A stretch of 64,000 nt of DNA from Octopus sinensis. Its lineage: Eukaryota. Shown here piece after piece: positions 38,958 to 51,637 of the stretch (its first letter is position 1; every line of letters starts with the position of its first letter). The position numbers and the translations under genes are program-made. Where the stretch lies: the NCBI RefSeq assembly GCF_006345805.1, contig NC_043002.1:97154001-97218000 (forward strand). Direction: 5' to 3'. The notes beneath the pieces were generated by a model. That model did no database searches and was not told the DNA's origin. It saw only the letters and a list, made by a program, of their open reading frames with translations.

Positions 38958-41900
38958 ATGCCATCTTTGAGAACGAGCGGGGCAAAGATGGCAAGAATGG
39001 AGACGATGAAAGAAGTCACCCCCCCACCTGGTGGACGCCCGGAGGAGGTTTGAATGAAAACCTGCCCGGGAAGTGAACCCAGGTGCAAGTTCTCCAACCG
39101 GCAGCAAGGGCCATGGAGACGGAGAACCGGTGAAGAGGTAGAGGGAGGAAGAAGAACTAAAAGAAGGACTGGAAGAGCTAAAGGAAAAGAAAAAGCTCAA
39201 GCAGGACCAAAGAGTGAAACAACCAGAAATAGAAGTGGAACCGCACAAGATGGAACCAAACAGCGCACACGGATGTGTATGTTCTACCTGAGAGGTTCCT
39301 GCTGGCATGAAAGGAGGTGCAGGCTGCCGCTTTGCACATCGGGGACCCTGCCACAGGACACGAGGCAGATGGACAAACCATCAACACAAAGAAAAGGGAT
39401 GGACCACGCACCACCTGCCCCAAAGCGGAGGTACGCAGATGTTGTGCGCGCCACAAACAGCCAACATGATGTTGTCGAAAGAGCAGCTGCTGAGCAACAA
39501 TCTTTTTTGTGCATGGCACAAAATTGTACAGCAGCTGACCTGGCTTCATCAAACCCAGCCCGCAGGTGGGACTACCCACTATATACCAGACCACCACAGC
39601 AACAGACACAGGATGGACACCGCCGGCAACAACGTACACTCACCTCGATACTCCTACTGAACATCAGAGGACTGCAACACTCAGTAACAGGACAAAGATC
39701 CGTTCCTGAGAGACTTTGTTGCATGCAATCAAGCCATATGCATAGCACTTACAGAAACGCACCTGAAACCGGACATAGCAGATGCGGAGTTACACATACC
39801 ACAGTATGCTGTACTACGGACCGACAGGAAAGAAAGGAGTCATGGAGGTGTTGCTATGTACATCCGTGAGGACCTCACACCCCAGGTCCTCTTGTCATAC
39901 TCAAACTCGGTGTGTGACACACTAATTGTACATATTAGGCAACTTGATGTAGTTGTGTGTGCTACATATCGCCCTCCAGATGCCCCAAGCCATGTGGGCA
40001 GTTTTTGAAGACTGCCTTATAAAAATAGAAGAAATTCTAACCACATTAGAACAACACATAGGTGTGCTTCTTATGGGAGACTTCAATCTGCCCAATGTCA
40101 GATGGCCCGAGGGCCTTTCTCTCCCAGGAATGACAAGATGTGAACGAGGACAGGCGAGTCCCTCCTGAACCTCATCAACACCCTGTACATGGAGCAGGTA
40201 ATACTCCACCAACCAGGGCAGGTAACACACTGGATCTCTGCTTCACAAATGACATGGATCTCATCCATAATGTGAAAGTGACACCGACACTACTCTCGAT
40301 CACACATGATAGAGCTGACCATGTACGGCCAAAAGAGAGCACGGACATGCCAGCCTATAAGAAACCCTCAAAATCTTTCCAGCTTGAACTACCATAAGGC
40401 AAACTGGAAACAAATTGAGAAAGAGATCCTCAAACAAAACTGGCCTAAATGTCTCTCTCGCCAGACATCGACGTGAAACTTCAACAATTCATGTCTGTAA
40501 TGCAAGCCATATGCTACAAATGTGTCCCAGAGAGAAAGGCCACTGTACACAAGAACAAAATCCCCAGAGAGAGGAAAATCTAATGAGACGGCGTACGAAA
40601 TTTTCAAATCGCCTAAACAAACAGATTGAAAGCAGTGAAAAGTCCCGCCTAAAAATAAAACTGTTGGAAATCGAAAAATGTCTGCAACTCTCTCATGAAA
40701 AAGAAAGAGCAGACAAAGAAGCCTGGGCTATAGAAAACATAAATCTAACCCAGAGCTTTCTACAGGTATGCCAAAGAAACAGCTACAGTGCACTGTAGAA
40801 TAGGGCCACTCCTCGAAAAGGATGGCACACTTACAGGAAAACCAATGAGGGTAATGAAATACTGAATGAGCAATTCAAGAGTGTTTTCACTCCACCCCTT
40901 GGCATCCCTCCAATCACCAATCCAACTGACTTTTTTACCACTGCAGATATAAAATCAGAGGCGGCGACGATTTACATCGATATAAAGAAAGACGATGTAA
41001 CCAAGGCTATAGATGAAATGAAAACAGACTCAGCTACTGGCCCCGATGGATTCCCGGCAATCCTCCTAAAAGCATGTAAGAGAGTCCTAGCAAGACCACT
41101 GCAGTTCCTCTTTCAGAGCTTCCTTGCAGCTGGCAAACTTCCAGGAAAACTGAAGGAAGGTAAAATATGCCCCATTCATAAAGGAGGTAGCAGAGCGGAA
41201 GCCAAGAACTATAGACCTATCTCTCTGACCTCACACATCAGCAAGGTCATGGAACGAATAGTCAGAAGGAAGCTGATCACCTCCTTGAAGAGAATGACTT
41301 GCTGCCCGACACCCAACATGGTTTCCGACCAGGGAGAAGCTGTTTAACTCAGCTCCTACAACCACTATGACTGGTGCTGAAACGGCGGCTGCTCAACCAC
41401 TCAAATGTGGAGTGATATATCTCGACTTTGCAAAGGCCTTTGATAAAGTCGATCATGGAATGATATGTCACAAACTGCGTGATCTCAACATAGTTGGAAA
41501 ACTGGGAGAATGGCTTCATGACTTTCTGAAGGATAGAAGTCAGGTGGTAGTAGCCAATGGGGCCACCTCCATTAACACACAAATAGTGAGCGGTGTTCCG
41601 CAGGGCACTGTTCTGGGACCACTACTGTTCATAATGGCCCTCTCAGACATGCCCTCAGCCACGCAGAGAGCCACGATCACAAGTTATGCAGATGATACAA
41701 TTTCACAGGCAATACAGAACCCTGAGGACACTAAACACCTGCAATGTGAGCTGGACGAATATACAAGTGGGCTGAAAGAATAGCATGCAGTTCAATGCTG
41801 GAAAGTTTCAAGCTTTATACTATCAGCATGCAAAACTGAATGCAATACCCAATGAATACACTGGACCCGGAGGGATTGCAATCCCAGAGGCACAATCAGT

Positions 41901-42667
41901 GCGTGACCTGGGTATTCACATGAGTGATGACGCGACCTTCATGTACATGTTGCTAAACTGACAATGAAATGTAGACGGCTGGCTGGATGGATTCTTAGAA
42001 CCTTTAGAACAAGAGACAAAGAAACCATGATGGTCCTCTGAAGACACTTGTCCTAAGCCACTTTGACTATTGCTCTCAGCTATGGTCACCATCCAGTGTC
42101 AAGTTGATCACAGAACTTGAGGCGATCCAACGAAGCTACACAAAGAAGATAGCCTCTATGCAGAATGTAAGCTACTGGGAAAGACTCAAGAGATTAAAAT
42201 TATATTCCCTGGAGCGTAGGCGGGAAAGATATCCATAATATACATCTGGAAGATCCTGGAGGGAAGTGTCCTGAACTTTGGCATCGAGAGTTACGCAAAT
42301 GCCAGAACTGGGCGCCACTGCGTGGTGCCTAGGACTCCAAACCTGCCATCAAGATGTAGGATAAGATTCTGTGATAGCCTGGGCTTCGAGGCCCACAGCT
42401 CTTCAATATCCTCCCGAAGAACCTGAGAGACCTGCATGGGGTGGATACAGATGTCTTTAAAATGAAGCTGGATCTCTTCCTGTCAGGTGTCCCAGATGAA
42501 CCAACTTCACGGCAGGAGGGGCAGATGAGGGCAGCTGCATCGAACTCTCTCATGCACCAAATAGCAGTTGCTAGAAAGCCTCCATGAAGTGAAACCAAGT
42601 AGCAACACCAATGGTGGTGCCCCAGCATGGCCACAGCTCATAAGCTGAAACTAGAATCAATCAATCA

Positions 42668-42670
<3 letters not shown>
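38958..42670 (+). mobile_element. CR1-group LINE (ORF1 part with CCCH finger, APE, RT), multiply frameshifted, in (TA)n
   Basis: CMFYLRGSCWHERRC; LLNIRGL; TETHL; GDFNLP; GNTLDLCFT; GPDGFP; YLDFAKAFDKVDH; GVPQGTVLGPLLF; YADDT; C-terminal RAAASNSLMHQ; (AATC)n tail. Confidence 0.95.
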
Positions 42671-42707
<37 letters not shown>

Positions 42708-42714
42708 TATATAT

Positions 42715-42771
<57 letters not shown>

Positions 42772-43234
42772 CTATATATAATGATTTTCATATTTTCACC
42801 GTTTGATTTGCCTAATGGTTTTATCTCTAATTTAATATAATATATATATATATATATACACATATATACACATGTATATATCTATGCATGCGTGTATGCA
42901 TGTATATGTATATATATTGGTTTAAAACATTGACAATCAATAAGTTAGAACAAGTTTGTAAAGAAAGGCGTAATTTTAAAAAAATAGGAAAAGATAAACA
43001 ATAAGGTAAAACTGATACAAATAAATATTCGCAAAAGCACGAAGGAAAGGGAAGTAAAGCTTCTTCGTCTGGAAGGAAGCCAAACTATATAAGCGAGACT
43101 GGGATCAAAAGACACCTGTTCTGAGAATGGAAATAGGATTTAGATAATTATATTTTTAAAATATATAAACTCGATTAAAACAGGTTTATATAATCCACTT
43201 ATATTTCGTTGACAACCAAGGTTTCTGTAAAATG

Positions 43235-43617
43235 TGTGGAGGCACTCCGTCGGTTACGACGATGAGGGTTCCGGTTGATCAACGGAACAGCCTGCTCGTG
43301 AAATGAACGTGTAAGTGGCTGAGTACTCCACAGATACGTGCACCCTTAACGTAGTTCTCGGGGATATTCAGCGTGACACAGAGAGTGACAAGGCCGGCCC
43401 CTTGAAATACAGGTACAACAGAAACAGGAAGTAAGGGTGAGAGAAAGTTGTGATGAAAACGTACAGCAGGGATCACCACCATCCCCTGCCGGAGCCTCGT
43501 GGAGCTTTTAGGTGTTTTCGCTCAATAAACACTCACAACGCCCGGTCTGGGAATCGAAACCGCGATCCTATGACCGCGAGTCCGCTGCCCTAACCACTGG
43601 GCCATTGCGCCTCCACA
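43235..43617 (-). mobile_element. SINE family C (tRNA-Arg-like head), full length
   Basis: GGCGCAATGGCCCAGTGGTTAGGGCAGCGGACTCGCGGTCATAGGATCGCGGTTTCGATTCC: A and B boxes; unrelated to families A and B. Confidence 0.85.
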
Positions 43618-43649
43618 AGTATCTATGTATGTATGTATGTACGTATGTT

Positions 43650-43885
43650 TCTGTCTGTCTGCCTTTCTAACTGCGTTTGTCACATCTCTATTGAATAACA
43701 ACCGCTGTTGTTTCGTTTACTACCCCATAACTTCAGCAGAACAGATACAATTAGGACCATACATAAAAAAAAATAACATAAGTGCTGAGGCTGATTTGTC
43801 CGACCAAAACAAAAAAACAAAAAAAACACTTCAAAATTTTGCCCCAGCATGGCCGCAGCCCAATGAATGTAGCAAGTAAAGAATA
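43650..43885 (+). mobile_element. SINE family A, old 3' half
   Basis: GCCCCAGCATGGCCGCAGCCCAATGAATG. Confidence 0.6.
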
Positions 43886-44289
43886 GATGATAGAACGTGG
43901 AGGTGTTTTAGGAATATTAAAAACAAATACAAAACGTAGATTAAATTACGGTGTATTTACATGTATACACAGCATGTACAGAATTACTCAACTAGACACA
44001 GGGAAATAATATTAGGCAGTGTTGTAATCGCAATGGATAAAGAATGCAGGAAAAAAAACAGAAAAACAGGACAAAACTGTATGTAATGCAAACATGCAGA
44101 GATGCTGTGTGTGGTGAAGCGATAGGATGCGTTAACATGAAAACTCTAGGAATACTAAGAACAATATATGGTAGAAGTAGTAGTAGTAATGGCGGAGGTG
44201 GTGGGGGTGTGGGTAGTGGTGGTAATGGCGTCGGAGGAAGAGGAGGAAGAGGGGAGGAGAATAATCATTTGTTTTCTTTCCATCAAAAT

Positions 44290-45060
44290 GATATATGAGT
44301 ATGTATGTATGTATGTTTGTATAAGTATGTAGTTATGTATGTATGTATGTATGTATGTATGTATGTTATGTATGTATGTATGTATGTATGTATGTATGTA
44401 TGTATGTATGTATGTATGTATGTGTAAGTATGTATGCATGTATGTATGTATGTATGTATGCATGTATGTATGTATGTATGTATGTATGTATGTATGTATG
44501 TATGTGTAAGTATGTATGTATGTATGTGTAAGTATGTATGCATGTATGTGTGTATGCATGCATGTATGTATGTATGTATGTATGTATGTATGTATGTATG
44601 TATGTTATGTATGTATGTATGTATGTATGTATGAATGAATGTACGTATCAATGAGTATGTATGTATGTATGTATGTATGTATGTATGTATGTTTGTATAA
44701 GTATGTAGTTATGTATCTATGTATGTATGCATGTATGTATGTATGTATGTATGTATGTATGTATGCATGTATGTATGTATGTATGCATGTATGTATGTAT
44801 GCATGTATGTATGTATGTATAAGTATGTATGCATGTATGTATGTATGTATGTATGCATGTATGTATGTATGTATGCATGTATGTATGTATGTATAAGTAT
44901 GTATGCATGTATGTATGTATGTATATGTATGTATGTATGTATAAGTATGTATGTATGCATGTATGCATGTATGTATGTATGTATGTATAAGTATGTATGT
45001 ATGTATGTATGTATGTATGTATGTATAAGTATGTATGCATGTATTAATGTATGAATGTAT
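44290..45060. repeat. ~770 bp (TATG)n satellite with TAAG/CATG variants
   Basis: Direct reading. Confidence 0.95.
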
Positions 45061-48000
45061 GTTTGTGGTTGCATAGGCGTGGGTATTAAAAACAATCATA
45101 GTCTTTGTGAAGGCGAAGATGTTTAGGTTTTAATAAATATATCAATGTTGGCAACGATGCATGTTATGGCGTTCGTGTGGGCTCCTCTCCGTCTCTATTA
45201 ATCATTTGATGTGATAAAGAAAGCTGTAAAAATTCCGTGTTATTGTGAGAAAGATAAAAAAAATGAGCAACACAATGATGAAACATGCAGGCATTTGGAG
45301 TAGTTTAACTTCAGAAATTAGAATCAGTAATGCTAAAGGACTAACACTACAAGCGCTAACATATCTGCTGTTTAGATTATCACGAACAAAGAACGTGAGC
45401 TGATTGAACAAAGAGCCAAATTTTCAATTCTTTTCCATCGTAACAGATCATAGTTGTATAGGATTGGCTATTCGATGGTTTTATTCTGACGTAAGAAATT
45501 ATTGCTATTAAAGCATTTTATTAAAAACTTGTAAGAAATCATTATCACGATGCCTTATATATATTCATTTTTAATTTGTTCTGACGCCTTCGAACATAAA
45601 TATACTAATCACTGTTGTGTTTCGTCATACGAAAACAACATCTCCTTTACGACGACGAAACGTGTGTTGATAACACACGCGATTCATTAGTACAAAGACG
45701 TTCTAATACTAATAAATTTAGTGTGTTATGAATTCACATCAGTCTGAAAGATGTTATTATTCTATGACGAAACAAACAGCAATTTGTATATATTCACGCT
45801 CGAATCTGTCGGAACGTAGTAAGAGTGAATATTCAAGCCCTTGCTTTGAGTTTCGCAGTTCATCGAGTACAGGACGATTTAAAAATCAATAACTGTTTAA
45901 GTATTAACACCTGCAGATAGAGTTTATAATATAAATAGAATGTACTCGTCATCCTTAAGAGTATAATTTTGCCACCTTTGCTAACAGCAGGAAATATGAT
46001 ATTCATGCAATAAGAGCAAGAAATGACATCCATGCCATAATCATATTTTTATTTTCATCAAATTCTTTGGTGATTATATAAAGTGATAAATTGAATACTA
46101 ATTTTCAAATAAAAAATAATTTTGCCTTAAAATAAAATAAGATAAATATCACATATGTGTATTTGCAATTAATACATGGTATTATTTTTCTGAATTTTAC
46201 CAACATAATTCCGATCTACTCCATCTGAAACCTATCGTTGCAAAATTCCATTAAAATATGTACCGTTATCTGAAAGGCATCATTGCCTGCCACCAAGTCT
46301 CTTATGCGCACTCATCCTGCATCTTTTATCTATTATACTCTCTTTATATCTCTTTTTTGTTCTCTTTCCCTCGCTCTCTATAAGATGTAAAGCTTTACTG
46401 GCGATATGAACCAACCAGCCAACCGACCAACCAACTAACCAGCGAACCAAACCACATTTATATCGGCTATTATTATACATTGAGATTAAGTGATCCATAA
46501 TGTGAGTGTTAATGCTGTTAGCCATGAAGTGGTATCGGAGAAAAACCGCTGATGCTATTTGGTTTTAACTTACTATTCTCTCTGGAATTCTTAGGCAATA
46601 TTGCCATATATTTGTTGACGATTTTCCGTTAGTGAGCACAGTCTGATATTATGTTTGTTACGAATGTGACCGTAAGATAAATTAATCACCGTAAAGCTTT
46701 CCTATCCGTATTTACGCTACTGCTCCATCTGAAGCGTAGTGCACTTACTTCGTATTCTACCCTTTGGTTAAGAAACTAAATCTTTCAATTGATAAATACT
46801 TAAATTTCTGTAGAAAAATTGGGTTGTCAGAGACATTCGCTCATTCATTTTCCCCCACATTTATTTTAACCCTTTCCAATGTTATCCGAATTAACAAGAG
46901 ACAGACATATTTATCCTGTAGTGCTTCATGGCTTTTCGTAGCACTTTCCTTCTTTTCTTCTACAACTTGCGTCTATAATTTTTGAAATTTAAAGAAATTT
47001 TACTTTTTTTCAAACATATGAGGATTGAGAGCCAAGTAAGAAGAAAAAATTCGAACGAATTTATCTGACAACACAATATTTATGAATTTCGTTCTCATCA
47101 GATATGTAGAAACCTATATTCTTTGCATTTAAAAGTGTGACTACAAACTGGCAGAAACGAAATATATCTATATACGAAATTATTACTGCTGCGAATCATT
47201 TAAGCTAATTAGGCTGTTTTGTTTTGCTTCTTCATTTAAAAAATGCTTCCTTATTCTTTCAAATCCCCAAACATCATACGCACCTATGAATGCATGCAAA
47301 TATGTATACATATTTGGAAACATGCGCAAAAGTACATAATACTGTGTGTGTGCACGCACGAGTGCGTGTGAGTGGAATTTTCATAGGGTATGAAGGAAAA
47401 CAACTCACAAATTATGCGTTCTAAGATCCAATGGCGTCATACATATCCCTAAAAAATGTGTTTTCACAAACGTCTAGGCGGAGAATTTTCTTCCGAGTCT
47501 ATCTCCGCAGCGGAAAGTCGTATCACGTCCGAATGCTAACAAAAATTTTCAATATGACTTTGCATGAATAATTCATTCAACGCTGTTTCAATCGGCATTG
47601 TTTACTCACATGCAAAGAAACACTTTTGCATATTTATCATATTTTAACAATACCTTTGATGGCTCGAAGCCATAATCATTTAGTCAACTATGTTACCAAT
47701 GATTTTTGGGAACCTCAATCACTGTAGATTGATACTAAGACAACCATTTCTCCCTCCAGCATTCTCAATAATGAAAGGTAGAAATCTAAAGAAAAGCAGC
47801 TCCAGTTTTCTCGTCAGCTCGGAATAAGTGTCTTTTTTAAACTAATTTTTAACGTTATGTTAATACGTGCTGATCAATTGATTTCAACTACCACGCATAA
47901 TTTCTTTTCTGTCCTCGACCATTAATTCTACTTGTCACTTTTAGAAGTTGCGACAAGGCATTCAACCAATATTCTTTCATCTTATGAGTAATCTTGCTCT

Positions 48001-48298
48001 ATACACTAATGTATATTCTAATGTTTGCTGGTTTGAGATTATCCTTTCAACGGATTTCCTTGACATTTTCCTCCACCTACTTATAACCTGGGTGACATCG
48101 TCAGCGTTAATTTTGCAAAATCAGCACATGTGTATGCTTTGATACACATATGTGGTATGGGTACTTACATTTACCTATCATTCCATGTATCTGTCAAACT
48201 GTAAGTCTATCTATATCTCCATCCATCTATCTATCTATCTATATCTATCTATCTCTCTATCTATCTATCTATCTCTATCTATCTATCTATCTATCATC

Positions 48299-48364
<66 letters not shown>

Positions 48365-48367
48365 TAT

Positions 48368-48423
<56 letters not shown>

Positions 48424-48964
48424 ATTATATATATATATATACACATGCATATATATGTATAGGTACACATACATAAAAACAAACATCCATACATATATAC
48501 ATTCTTGAATATATTCATACGTCAATCGGTATATTAACATGTGTGTTCTCACTTCCCCCACTAATGCACTTTTGGTATATAGATATTGTTTTAGAGACGG
48601 ATGCGTTTGCAAACATAGCGAACCACATGTCACAAACGGAATCAGAAATTTTAGTTCATTTGTGGCTTGTTGAAAGATAACGCATTTCATCTGGAATTTA
48701 CTGTCAGAAGATACGGAGTTTAAGCACATATTTCCAACTCTAGATTTTGCTAAAGGGATAAAATATTTTCATTTATTGTTGATGTTTGTCGCCTAAGCTG
48801 GTGTGCTTCGAACGTTCGGTCACTTTTTGGATTGCTTTCGTTATTAGAAATCTGTTGTTGTTAATTTTATTGTTGCATATCGTGTCTAAGTTGACAGGAA
48901 ACATAAGGGTCAGATAAACAGTTCTTGTTACCCTACGGAGAAAAATTTTGTAAAGAAGATATTT

Positions 48965-49340
48965 CTATTCGAAACATGGTTTTGCGTTCAGCCCTATTGC
49001 TTAGTAGCTTGGGCAAGTTTCTCCTGATATGGCCGCGGGAAGACCAAAGTGCTGTGAGATGATATGGTAGACAGAAACTGAAAGAAGCCTGTCGTATCTG
49101 TGTGTACGTGTTTGTTTGTATGTGTTGGTATGTCTATCTTTGTGTTTATGTTTATCCCCGATTGACAACCGGTGTTGGTGTGTCTACGTCCCCGTAACTT
49201 AGTGATTCGGCAAATGAGACCGATAGAATAAAGACCAGGCTTTAAAAAGTACTAGGGTTGATTCAATCGACTAAAAATTCTTTTATACGGTGTCCCAGCA
49301 TCGTTGCAATCTTATTACTGAAGCAAGTAAAAGGTAAAAT
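48965..49340 (+). mobile_element. SINE family A, diverged
   Basis: GGTAGACAGAAACTGAAAGAAGCCTGTCG; CGTCCCCGTAACTTAG; CCCAGCATCG..ACTGAAGCAAGTAAAAG. Confidence 0.8.
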
Positions 49341-49829
49341 ATAAAACATGGCGTCATCATCGCCGCCGAGTCAAGCAGAGAGGAGGAGGAAGAAGGTTTT
49401 GAAGGTGAAATTTTCTTCCACCGTCAATTCTCACCCAAAATTTACCAGACACAAAAATTATCGGTATCCACAGCAACACCAATAGTAACAACAACAACAA
49501 AACCATAGCACCACAACCGATGATAACAAATGAGAAAAACAACATGCGAAAGGAATCCGCCACCACCGTCAACAACGCCGACCGAAAAAACAACAACCGC
49601 AGTTAACAAGGAAAACAAGAACCACCTCCAGGCTTTTTGCCCACAGCAAAAAGGAAGATCCCCCACCTCTAACGACACCAACGCCACCACCACCACCACC
49701 ACCACAACAACAACAACAGCAGCAAAATATACGTGGAGTCACAACAGCACCTATAACAAGAATGTAACTAGCAGCCGCAAAAAACGGTGATAACAGCAGC
49801 AGTGTCAGCAATTGTTGTAGCATCTACAA

Positions 49830-50862
49830 CAGCAATAACAACAACAATAGCATCAGAAGCCTCCCCTCCTCCTCCACGCCAAAAATTAAACAACTATTTC
49901 ACCAAAACACTACCAAAAAAACCGCCCCAAGACATACTCTTCCGAGCTTTGGACAATCAAACTTGTTTGCAAATGATTGCACAGAAGAAAATCTTTTCTA
50001 CTCTAGTCACCAGGCCCGAAATTTTAGGTGACGCGGGGCAGTTGATTAGATCGACGCCAGTACGTAACTGGTACTTAATTTATCGACCTCCGAAAGGATG
50101 AAAAGCAAAGTCAACCTCAACGGAATTTGAACTCAGAACATGACAGAGAAAATACCTATTTCTTTACTACTCACAAGGGGCTAAACACAGACAGGACAAA
50201 CAAGGACAGACAAACAGATTAAGTCGATTATATCGACCCCAGTGCGTAACTGGTACTTATTTAATCGACCCCGAAAGGATGAAAGGCAAAGTTGACCTCG
50301 GCGGAATTTGAACTCAGAACTTAACGGCAGACGAAATACCGCTAAGCAATAACAACAATAGCATCAGAACTCCCCCTCCTCCACGCGAAAAATAAAACAA
50401 CTATTTCACCAAAACACTACCAATAACCCCCACAAGACATACTCTTCCTCGATTTGGACAATCAGACTTGTTTGCAAATGAAAGCACAAAAGAAAATCTT
50501 AAGCAAAGTCAACCTCAGCGGAATGTGAACTCAGAACATGACAGAGAAAATACCTATTTCTTTACTACTCACAAGGGGCTAAACACAGAGAGGACAAACA
50601 AGGACAGACAAACGGATTAAGTTGATTATATCAACCCCAGTGTGTAACTAGTACTTAATTTTTCGACCCCGAAAGGATGAAAGGCAAAGTCGACCCCGGC
50701 GGAATTTGAACTCAGAACATAACGGCAGACGAAATACCGCTAAGCAATAACAGCAACAATGACAGCAGAACCACCCCCTCCTCCACGCGAAAAATCAAAC
50801 AACTATTTCACCAAAACACTACAAAAAACGGCGTGCTAACGATTCTGCCAGTTCGCCGCCTT
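49830..50862 (-). repeat. Tandem array of SINE B body fused to unique flank (about 400 bp period)
   Basis: Flank segment CCTCCTCCACGC.AAAA..AACAACTATTTCACCAAAACACTAC at about 49865, 50372 and 50777, alternating with B bodies; B head at 50830-50862. Confidence 0.85.
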
Positions 50863-50989
50863 TTTCGAGAAAAAATATTAACAGAAGACCGCGTAAGGAT
50901 CTGCACGAGTAGCTTCCACGTACAACCAGATAGCAGAACAATTATGCCCGTCATCTACTTCCGCTTTCTTTTCTTTCTCGTTGTCTAAC

Positions 50990-51637
50990 ATGACCAACCT
51001 TAGAATAGGCAATACAAATACAAGTGGCACACTATCCCCTTCGAGAGAGGGCCACCTTCTTAATGACCTCTTGGCACTAAGCACGGATACTGAAACCATC
51101 AGCAAAATCTAACTCTCCAATTTGCTAGCTTTCATGTCCATGTTCGGTAGGCGCAAAAATTATTTATCTCCGTGTCAGCTGGGGATGAGAACTAGAACTG
51201 CAGTGTTCTTCTGGAAAGATCAGGATTTCAAGAAAAGAGCCATCTTCATGGAGGTGAGTAGGTGGTTCTGGATGTGAACGGTAGTGACGGGGGTGCCTTC
51301 AGATTAGTGACTGTTTGTGGCCCGATGGGGTTAATACAACTGGATTTCTTCAGAATGGAACACCGCTTTGGATGCACGTTTGGATTGTATGGGACTAGCT
51401 GAAAGGAGAGCGGGGCTTAAAATCATCGGAAACCGGCTCAAATGTTTCCAGCTATCTGACAGGTACTGACTGGATTTCCCGCATATGACAATGTCGATAT
51501 GGACAAACCGCTTTGCGTATGTGAACTACAAGCATGAAGTGAGGCTGGAGAGGAAAGTATTGCCTTCCAACAAAAATGGGGTGAATATTTATAGATGATT
51601 TGTTGTTTGGTCCTATCGTCTGTAACCCATGGTAGTT
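50990..51637 (+). pseudogene. L1/Tx1-like LINE endonuclease (APE) fragment
   Basis: MTNLRIGNTNTSG..LLNDLLAL; broken frames with VLDVNGSDGGAFRLV, WNTALDARLD and DRY.LDFP; many stops. Confidence 0.6.

Noticed and set aside
45200-49000. Several exon-like frames (45255-45393, 46595-46631, 47477-47518, 48598-48740, and 46870-46972 on the minus strand)
   Set aside because: Each lacks one good splice site or needs a frameshift, and they could not be chained confidently; some may still be real
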